In this document: positions 27,390 to 35,725 of the stretch, one piece after another | How the letters are laid out: every line of letters starts with the position of its first letter | Numbering within the stretch: the stretch's first letter is position 1 | NCBI GenBank assembly: GCA_020536535.1 | Contig: JAHLWZ010000453.1 | Location: 1-35,725 of the forward strand | DNA length: 35,725 bases | Origin: Pelomyxa schiedti | Taxonomy: Eukaryota; Protista; Evosea | Reading direction: 5' to 3' | Program-made: the position numbers and the translations under genes | Notes under the pieces: generated by a model | What the model saw: the letters and a program-made list of their open reading frames with translations, nothing else | Database searches by the model: none | What the model was told of the DNA's origin: nothing

Positions 27390-28138
27390 CTAGGAGTACA
27401 CTTGCGGCAGCTCGCTTGCCATTAGCTTTTTTGACAACATCTCAAACAATGTATCCACATTTTCACCAGTCTTTGCTGAGCATTCGTACAAAATGGGTTT
27501 GTGTTCTCCAAAACGCCTCACAAAGGCGTCAGCTTGGGCAAAAGATACTTGCCTCTTGTCTTCAATATCAACTTTGTTTCCAGCCACTGCCACCACACAA
27601 TTTACATTTGCTGTAGCACGAGATCTTCAATCCAGCGCGACACAGAGTCAAAGGAAGGCTGTGGTGAAAAATAGAAATAAGTGAGAAGGCTGAGGTTGAG
27701 TTGCGTTTCCTTTACCGGACTAGTGATGTCGTAAACTATAACACCAGCATGGGCACCCCTCATGTACATTGGGGTCAGAGAGCGGTACCTCTCCTGGCCT
27801 GCTGTATCCCATATCTAAAGTGGCATGAGCTTCAAATTCGGCAATGAATGTTACAACACATTTAAGGTAGTTAAGTTACCTCTAATTTTACAATGCATCC
27901 ATCAACTGCTACATTGTGCACTTGGTATGTGGCACTTGGTCAATATTAGAACCCAGTTTTAAAAAAGAAAGGGGAAATACCCAATGGTGCTGGGAATTTC
28001 TGGAATAAAAGCATTACTAGTAAGCCTCGTTACTATCGATGTTTTGCCGGCGCTGGGGTCGCCCAGAAGCACGACTTTATAGGTGATGTGTCGCTTTTCT
28101 TTTGGTATACTTCTATGCACCCTCACTGTGGGTAACAT
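27390..28138 (-). CDS. Rab5/21/22-family small GTPase with an apparent 1-nt deletion near 27621 (pseudogene or sequence error)
   Basis: [20 protein letters not shown]|ATY, LE|[33 protein letters not shown], then a frame change to [29 protein letters not shown]. Confidence 0.88.
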
Positions 28139-28505
28139 TAGGCCTCTTTTAACCGACAAAAAATTGTTTTTTTCGTTCGTACGTGAAGAAGGAAAAAAAC
28201 ACACAATGCGGCTCGGCGGCATCAGCACCATTGATGTCATCAAACCACCCAGTCGTCTTTGTTGTGGTCTTTTTCCCGCCGCTGCTGCACCACCCCATCG
28301 AATCTCCGCCTTGTTTTTCTTTCTTTTCTCTCCTTTCTTTAATGGCGGAAGTTAGTTTCCAGATTCGCCTTTTTTTCCTCTGGGGTGATGTTTATTTATT
28401 TATCACGTCGGATCTTCTTTATTTCGCCTTCGAAGGCCTCGTGAAGAAAGGTTCACTTTCAGCCAGTTATCCATCTTCCCGCTTTGGTCAGAGAACCCTG
28501 AGGTT

Positions 28506-31072
28506 CTACGACTTCCAAAGTTTGACGGAGCCGTCGTCAGCGTGCGTCGCTACTACGTTGTGGTGGGGGTGTATGATGACCCCCTCTACCTCTTTCTCGT
28601 GAGTCCGCATCACGTGCTCCATTTTTCCGGTGGCAACACTGAAGCTGTACAGGGCGCCGTCTTGGGCTCCGCAGTGAAGCCAGTCGCCTCTGGGGGATAC
28701 TGAGAAGCTGGTGAAGCACACTGCGGCACCGGTGGAGGTGCTATCAGTCATTGAATTCTTGTGCAGCTCTTCATTGAGTTCGGCCTGGTGTGCTTTTTCT
28801 AGTTCCAGTGCTGTTTCTACGGTTTTGACCTCTGGGTTGATATTGATTATCGAGGATGATGTTGTAGTGGGTGCTGTTGGAGCGAGTGAATCAACTCCTA
28901 TGTTTGCTGTGAATGTCCGCACACTTTGTCCTTTGAGAGTGACCAAGTGAACAACATTTGACTGAGTCAATACTAGTAGTTGCTCAATGTTGCTCGGATT
29001 GTGCAGTAATCCAATCACTGCACAGTCTCGTATATGTTGCGCAACTACATTGGCTCCGGCTGTGCTAGAGGCAGAAGTTGGTGTTGTACTTCCCGTTGCA
29101 CCAGGCATTGGGGTGGTAGGTTGGGTGAGTGAAGACGTGGTTTTGAGTAGAGATGGTTTGAAGGTCAACAGGCAATCCGTCGTTTTTGCATCCCACACTT
29201 TGACAGTTGAATCTGATGAGGCAGTTACAACCCAAGCAGAATTGTGGGAATAAACGGCATCATTCACATAGGAAGTGTGTCCCCGGAATACCTAAAGCGG
29301 TCATGCGTTTATTTGATTTTATGTTTCCATAAAAATGGTACCTTAAGTGTTTTACCAGACTTCAATCCATGCACCCGTGCAGTGCAGTCATACGAACCAC
29401 TGAGAAGTTGTTGTGCTCCAGAATCATAAGCAAACTGCAGTGTTGTTAATCTCTATATAAGGAGAAGAGGTACTGACTGCTAGACATGTAACCCCTTGTT
29501 CATGTGCGCGGTCAAAGCGCCGTAAGCACTTGCCCGTTCTAATAGTCCAAACCTTGATTCCTCCATCCCGTGCTCCTGTTGCAAGTGTCTCTGAATCGCG
29601 ACTGAAGCACATGCACAAAACTGCAGTGTTTTCATGCAACATGAATTCATCATCGGCCTTGGTAATCTTACAAGAAGTGGATAGATTGTGCAACACACTT
29701 GATACTTAAGCATGGTATTTATCTTTCCAGTTTCCCAGTCCCAAACTTCAATGAATCCATCAATACTGCCCATTACAAGGTACTGTCCATCTGGTGAAAA
29801 CTGCATTGGTGTTAAATGTAAATTACATTCGAGGAAATCACCTTAATACACTCCGCACCCGTTTTGCCGAGTTTGATTATTCTCTCAAGAGACTTAGGGT
29901 ACATCTGAAAAAGTGTTGAATGGCAAGAAAAATAGAGAGGAATGGAATACCTCATTTTCTATTGCTCTGGTTACAGTTGCTCCTCTGAACAGATCGAACT
30001 TGCCGTCAGGTGGCAACATGCCTTGGATCCTCTGCCACTTCAACGATTGGCACAACAGGGATAGTAGTCGTGACGGCGGAACTACTACAACTTCACTTGA
30101 CAATGTTTGTGCCAATGTAGCCCTTCGGTTTTCTTTGCTGATACTGCCATATAAATCCGTCGGGTCAATGTACCCCAACTGCAGCATTCTATCAAGACTG
30201 ACAAACCTACCTATCGGTAAAATCTCTGTAAAGGAATTTGACTCTATACCGCTCTGGATGGTTATTTTTCATGTAAAGCATTGGTTGAGTTTGCTTGAGC
30301 AATGCCCTGGCAGCTTCGAGTTCACGCAATTCTGCTAGTTCCATAATAATATGTTCATATAAGTCCATTAACTTTTCCGACGGGAGCTGCACACTCATTA
30401 GGAAGCCAATGAAATACAAGTGAAAACCTTGAGGGTAGATGTAGCCTGAAGGACTGAATCCCAATGGCCGTTTTTAATATCGGAAACAAAGGCATCCAAG
30501 CTGCATGTAAAATTACTTTTGAGTTCATGACTAGTTGATTATGCATTATGTCACCCGTAACAACAAGGCGTTGTTCAGGATTATATGAGAGATATCCAAC
30601 GTATTCTGTATTCAGTTTTTAATACATTCCTTCAGTATTATCGTAGATTCAAGTTCACAGAAAAGGTCACACACTTGTCAACTGTGTTCAACATGACCTG
30701 TGATTCGGTTTGTAATGCCCTCATTGCTGTTAACAAATTGTTTTCCTTCAAAAACTGAAGGATCAGCCTGACAACGTCCGCCGAGTCGATTTCCTGTACA
30801 GTACCGAGGGCGCCAGAATTAGTCCCAGTCACATTTGTTGCACTGGTTGGCATTTGTACAACTGGTCCCGAAGACTGAGGTGCCGTGCTCCCGGTGGCTC
30901 CAGTCGAAGGCACCATCTCCGCTGCAGCATTTCCACTGGTTGCCATTGGCGATATAACGAGTTTTGATGGCTGTTGCGTCGCGCGTCCTTGGCCGACAGT
31001 CTTCTTTCCCCCACTCGCGGGTAAAGCCGGTGGCGGCATACGCCCACTTTCCGACTTGTTGTGTGCGCTCAT
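28506..31072 (-). CDS. SMU1: Spliceosomal WD40 protein SMU1
   Basis: [20 protein letters not shown] (LisH), [111 protein letters not shown]. Confidence 0.96.
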
Positions 31073-31246
31073 AACTTGTTCGTATGGAACTTGTTTGTCG
31101 CCGTCGGCGTGCGGCGTATGGGTCGAGGGTTTATTTGTTTAGTGTAATAAAAACAAGGAAAAATTAAAATCTGTATCTCTTCAATCATTTGGCATGTGTT
31201 CAGGGCAACCAAGTCAACCAATCAGTGATTTGGGTATTTTCCAGAC

Positions 31247-32176
31247 TCAGGACTCAATGGCAGGCTCCTCAGTGCGTTCCAGGGGGAATTTGGCAGAGAT
31301 TGACACGGAAGAAGATCCTGAGGGCCCCTTTTGCTTCTGGGACAATGGCATCGTTGGGACAACAGCAGTTGTAGTCACTGGTATCCTGGTCTTCACAGAG
31401 CTTGTAGCGGACGAAGGGGAATTCTCTGAAGCAGAAAAACCAGTGGATGGAGCCTCAGGTTGTTGCTGTTGCTGCTGTTGGATTTGATGGTCCTCCTCCT
31501 CCTCTTCTCCTTCAGCCCTGGCGGCGGTCTGGCCAACGACTTGTGGGATTTGCCTCAACGCCCTGTGCATGGTCCTCCTCGGGCTTATCTGTTGCGGCTG
31601 AAATTCCGAGAGCCTACCGGCCGCGCCAATGACCCTGGCCTTAAGTCGATTCACCTGCTCATACAGCCCAGTCCTGTGCATGTAGAAGTACGTAGCCCCG
31701 CACCCACTGAGGAAGATAATAGCAGGCCAGACCAAGAACGTGGAAAACAGAGCCGAGTGCACGTCCTTGCTGTCAGCAAGCCCCTCGATGTACCCCTGCA
31801 CAAACGCCACCGGCGACTTTGCCAGCCTCCCCACGGCCCCAAGAGTGTCCACAACAGCGCTCGAGACAACCTCCACAGGCAGCACCCTCGTGATCCCCAG
31901 GCTGTGGCCCACGACCCTCAGGGCCCGCACGACGCCCCCGCCGGCCTGCGAGTACTCGGGCATGTGGCCTGACTTGTACCCAGCGCAAAAGAACAGCCTG
32001 CTGAGACGCTCGGCCACCCACTCGACGGCGCGGACCGGCGACCTGGAGGTGTACCCCGTCTCCTTGCAGATGAAGTCTCCCACAATCCCGGCGCCTACAG
32101 CCCCGATTGCTCCCACCACCACCGACTTGGGCACGATCCCGCCTCCACCAAACACCACACGCAAGTTGGGCATCAT
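31247..32176 (-). CDS. Intronless hypothetical membrane protein (309 aa)
   Basis: Open frame with GC3-rich codons, hydrophobic segments (VVVGAIGAVGAGIVG; FSTFLVWPAIIFLSGCGATYFY) and a low-complexity E/Q/S/T tail. Confidence 0.7.
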   Translation of the reverse strand: MMPNLRVVFGGGGIVPKSVVVGAIGAVGAGIVGDFICKETGYTSRSPVRAVEWVAERLSRLFFCAGYKSGHMPEYSQAGGGVVRALRVVGHSLGITRVLPVEVVSSAVVDTLGAVGRLAKSPVAFVQGYIEGLADSKDVHSALFSTFLVWPAIIFLSGCGATYFYMHRTGLYEQVNRLKARVIGAAGRLSEFQPQQISPRRTMHRALRQIPQVVGQTAARAEGEEEEEDHQIQQQQQQQPEAPSTGFSASENSPSSATSSVKTRIPVTTTAVVPTMPLSQKQKGPSGSSSVSISAKFPLERTEEPAIES

Positions 32177-32184
32177 CCCTCAAT

Positions 32185-32847
32185 CTGCGTTTTCTTGTAG
32201 TTCGTTGTACTGCAGTAATATCGTAAGGGTCTTGCACCCGTCATCAACAGTCATCATCCTATTTTTTTTTACTAGAATTTACCGGGTTTCAACGGGCACC
32301 AGAGATTCAAAGGCGCTGCGGAAAGAAAAGTGTTTTCTTCACATTGGGATGTGGTGGAATGGCTAGAACAAGGTGCCACCACCACCTACTGTCGAGCATC
32401 CAGTTCTTGTTTGTCAGTGAAAATTGTGGGACCACTGAGGGAAGGGGTTTTTTTTGAATGGAAAAACAGGGGAAATGAGCATCCTAGGTGAGGAGTTCCT
32501 GTAGTGCTGCCTTGAGAAGGAAGCTGGCAATGGAGCTCAGAATGTGGGCACAAAGATGCAACTGGCCTTGGACTAGGGCGAGGATACGGCACTTCAGTCT
32601 GACATTGCGGAATGAGGCAAACATCAGTGATCCCACAGATAGTAACCCCCTCCCTGTTGCATCAACTACCAGTGACAGGTCAACAAGAGGATGACACGCC
32701 AAGGCACAGAACACAAGTTCACTATGACATCCAACAAGGTGAAGCCACAACTGCACCTGTGTGGAGTTGTGAGCAAGCTTTTATGCGGAGGAGACAAAAC
32801 AACATTGTCAGGAGGGGCTAGAACCAGAGGATTAAAAGTTCTATTCT
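32185..32847 (+). repeat. Copy 2 of the ~650-bp duplication (copy 1 at 1-642)
   Basis: Direct sequence match to 1-642. Confidence 0.97.
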
Positions 32848-33749
32848 TCATGATGGCAAGAGCGTGGTTGGGGCAATCAAAAGCAACTGCCTTCTTGATT
32901 AACCATTCTCCAACAAGTACACTGCTGTTGCCATTATCTCTGATAACCAATCCCAAATCGAGGTTTGGGTGTTGTGCAAATGCTGCTCCTATTACCGCCC
33001 AGCCAACTCTTGTAGAAGCACCACCGCCCTTTATCATCACCAGTTCAAATAGGGTAGTGCTGTTGTCTTTACATTTTGCGTGGGGTTGAAACGCAGGGTG
33101 TTCGATAACAGACAAGAGTGCAGGGTGCAAGCCAGAGTCATCTGAACTGAATTTCGAAAATAAGTACTCACAGGCCGGGCTTCCGTCCGAAAAGTCTACG
33201 TTGGGATCGAATCTGGGGTTCTTGACAATTCCCTTCTGAGCGGAAACTAGCCTCTTGTCCACGGCTCTTTGCAGTAGGCACACATCTTCACACCTCTCAT
33301 TTGGATCAAACTTTTCGTGCTGGGTTATGAGCAACTGCGCAAACGCTGAGCTGTGGTCCATGGCGTACCACAAAGCCGGCACTATTTTGGTTCCCTCAAG
33401 TTGTGCCGCTTTCATTTTTGTAGTTGTCTCCGGCGCAACGGCAACGTCGTGCAAAAACGCCTCGTATTCCCACTCTCGGAAATCGTGAAACAAGTCCTCT
33501 TCGTCGTACATCTCGCGCCTGGGAACTGATATATAACACAAAGCGGGGTCGAACTTGTCGTGCCGCAGTATCCTCTTCAGCAAGTACATATCAGAGCCAT
33601 CAATGGCAACCTGAAACAGAGATCTGCCGTCTTCGTGCCTGCCGTTTGGATCGAACCGCTCTTCATCGTCACGCGACGTAGGTCTGTTTAAGATAAGAAA
33701 CACCGAAAAAAAAGCGGCACCTCAAATCAGTGAAAAGCACATGTCTCAT
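32484..33749 (-). CDS. Divergent ankyrin-like repeat protein (introns 33684-33720 and 32757-32824)
   Basis: Recurring FDPN/HP..D turns followed by helix pairs (RFDPNGRHEDGRSLFQVAI, KFDPNERCEDVCLLQRAV, RFDPNVDFSDG, HPNLDL, HPLVDL). Splicing NPL|VQLW joins ORFs 32666-33703 and 32484-32756 in frame. Confidence 0.62.
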
Positions 33750-33891
33750 CTGGCACCTCTCCCCTGCCAGAAACCGAAACCGTCCGTTTTGTTGCGGACC
33801 AGAATGCCGAAGTTTCAAATAAAAAAACGTCGCGTTAACGGTCAGCGGAGAGCGTAGATCTAATCAAACTCATAGAGGTGCCGCGACACTG
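33750..33891. promoter_or_regulatory. Very short divergent spacer (probable bidirectional promoter) between the ankyrin-like gene and RAD52
   Basis: ~140 bp between opposing predicted start codons. Confidence 0.35.
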
Positions 33892-34737
33892 ATGTTTGGA
33901 GAGGTTAATTTCACGGAGACGGAGCGGCGGGAGGTTGGTGCCGCTTTGCAGAAGATGCTGGGTCCTGACCAGTTGTGTTTTCGTGAAGCGGCTTCTTTCA
34001 GGGGTGACGGTAACACCGACCGAAACACTATTTTCTGATTGAGCTATTTCTCATTGAGAAGAAAACCAAAGGAAAGTCGAAGATAATCGCCTACCTTAAC
34101 ACTGACAAGGCAATTGACCTCGCAAACCAGGTTTTGGTGACATGTTCTGCGGTCACTATTAATAATATTTATTCCCAGGTTTTTGGGATGCATGGCTGGA
34201 GTTCTTCAATAAAGAGTATAGGCCTTGATACAGTACAATCCCGAACTGTAATTGTGTTCAAAAACTTACGATAACAAAACTAGCTTGAGCAAGTCGGCGA
34301 ATCCAAGTGGATTGCAGGCTGCAGTGCTATTGTTCGCATCCAATTAAAAGATGGAACCTACCATGAGGTAAAAGGAACCGCCTGTAACTGTATTGATTTC
34401 CTTCAGGATGTAGGATATGGAGTGAGTGATGGTGTCTCCAAACTTCTTGCTCTCGAGTGTGCAAAAAAGGTAATTTCTGATGTGAACTTACACCTACAAA
34501 CACATTAAAGATGGCTGCCTCAGATGCTTTCAAGCGGTTGATCATGTAAACTCTTCCAATAGCTCATATCCCATTAGCGCACTTCGTATGTTTGGAAACT
34601 TTTTGGGGAACAGTGCATACTCAGATGCTCATGTAGAACAAGTTTTAAGAGGCAAGCAAAAACCAGAATTACCATTCTCTAAATGCAACACAGCAAAAAT
34701 GTCCTCAACCACCCCCACAACCACAGGAAAATCCTGA
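33892..34737 (+). CDS. RAD52: Short RAD52/Rad22-family ssDNA-annealing protein (N-terminal domain only)
   Basis: [49 protein letters not shown]...[21 protein letters not shown]...[26 protein letters not shown], over six GT-AG introns. It is missing from the ORF track. Confidence 0.93.
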
Positions 34738-34995
34738 GGCTAAATGCACATTCTGCCATTTCCTTTCCCTCCTGTCGCCAGGCCTGTACTCTATCGCTCA
34801 AATCGCCCAAAGCAACTTTTGGATGTTAACACAGAGGAGCTAAAAAAAGTCTCTTTGCTTTTGATTGACAATTCATTCAGGTCTAACCAAAACATACAAG
34901 AGCAGGATAGCCTGTTAGTTTGTGACCAGTGTGCCCTTTTTCCATCTTCCTTCAAACAGGAGAACCCCCATTCTCTTTTTTTGTCAGTTCTGGAA

Positions 34996-35725
34996 ATGAT
35001 GGCTACTTCCTCCGTCTTTTGGTTGTTGTGTTCGGTGTGACGAGGTGTGGGTGCGCTGACATCCTATCAAACAGCTTTTCCTCTGCTTTGGTGCACTGCG
35101 ACTTCCAATCCATATGCCGGCTCTCCCGCGCGAGCCGGGCCCTGCGTGCAGTGTCCAGCACGGACGAGGTGTGGGGGCGCCTGCTCCACAACGGGCAGTG
35201 GAGGCGCAGCTACGACCGGTCCGCCACCTGCCAGCGAGACGACGGCACCCACGTCTCGGACTGCGTGTGCTCCCTGACCCACGTGCGGCGCAAGGTCGCG
35301 GCCCTCGCTGCGTGGGGGTGCGGGTGCCCCTGCGCGTGCAGGGTGGCCGCTGCTGAGGGCCCTGGGGCGACGCCTCTGTGCTGCAAGATGAGATTCGCTT
35401 GCGCTTACACGGGATGCTTCTGGGGTTCCGTGTATGTATGTGGATTTCTCGGTGGCGCTGCTCTAGTTTTGTATACTTGTTTGGTGCCCTTTGTGATTAT
35501 TATGGGAGGGGAGGAGCTAATTTAGATGTTGTTGGCAGGGAAAGTATGAGGTTATTTTCAGGGAATTCATGGATTTTCCCAGGGGACTCTTGGTTGACTC
35601 GTCTGTATAAACTCTGGTACCCAAGCACAAAGAAAAAGGTATTGTGGATTGGCCCAGAGTACTCAGGTAAATCAAGATCAGAAGTTCTATGTAATGACTT
35701 TATTTAGGAAAAACTACTGCACTCC
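34996..35725 (+). CDS. F-box-like protein, probably continuing into an Arf/Arl-type GTPase domain (partial, runs off the window; start and middle splice uncertain)
   Basis: ADILSNSFSSALVHCDFQSICRLSRASRALRAVSSTDEVWGRLL is F-box-like. Further on, WLTRLYKLWYPSTKKKVLWIGPEYSG|KTTAL appears after removing intron 35667-35707. Confidence 0.6.

Noticed and set aside
31447-32366. Several overlapping + and - ORFs of 150-208 aa
   Set aside because: Shadows of the GC-rich 309-aa ORF with no recognisable motifs.
34590-34620. Suspected frameshift in RAD52 at FGN.LGN
   Set aside because: Recounting the T run (five T) gives an intact frame, [10 protein letters not shown].

Overview
Gene-dense, intron-rich eukaryotic DNA with many short introns (mostly ~35-70 nt) and a 100-N scaffold gap at 643-742. 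The gene style and content suggest a free-living amoeba, possibly an archamoeba such as Pelomyxa; this is inference only. Manual splicing gives about 13 genes. Recognisable housekeeping genes are dynein light chain LC8, GPN2, UTP18, a polo-like kinase, SMU1, a short RAD52 and a Rab5-family GTPase that carries an apparent 1-nt frameshift. Unusual proteins include: (1) a >2,800-aa polytopic membrane protein of ~35-40 D-x-P...W-R repeats with an embedded F-box; (2) a C1-IQ-DH RhoGEF with a beta-propeller and no PH domain; (3) a signal-anchored protein of two tandem bacterial-like ankyrin modules apparently fused to a C-terminal ABM (YgiN/LsrG-like) domain; and (4) an F-box protein apparently fused to an Arf-like GTPase, cut by the window end. 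The ankyrin-ABM gene can only be read through with an AT-AC (U12-type, minor spliceosome) intron at 24679-24738, which is absent from the paralogous module. Bases 1-642 are a diverged copy of 32185-32847. No rRNA, tRNA, CRISPR array or transposase was recognised.
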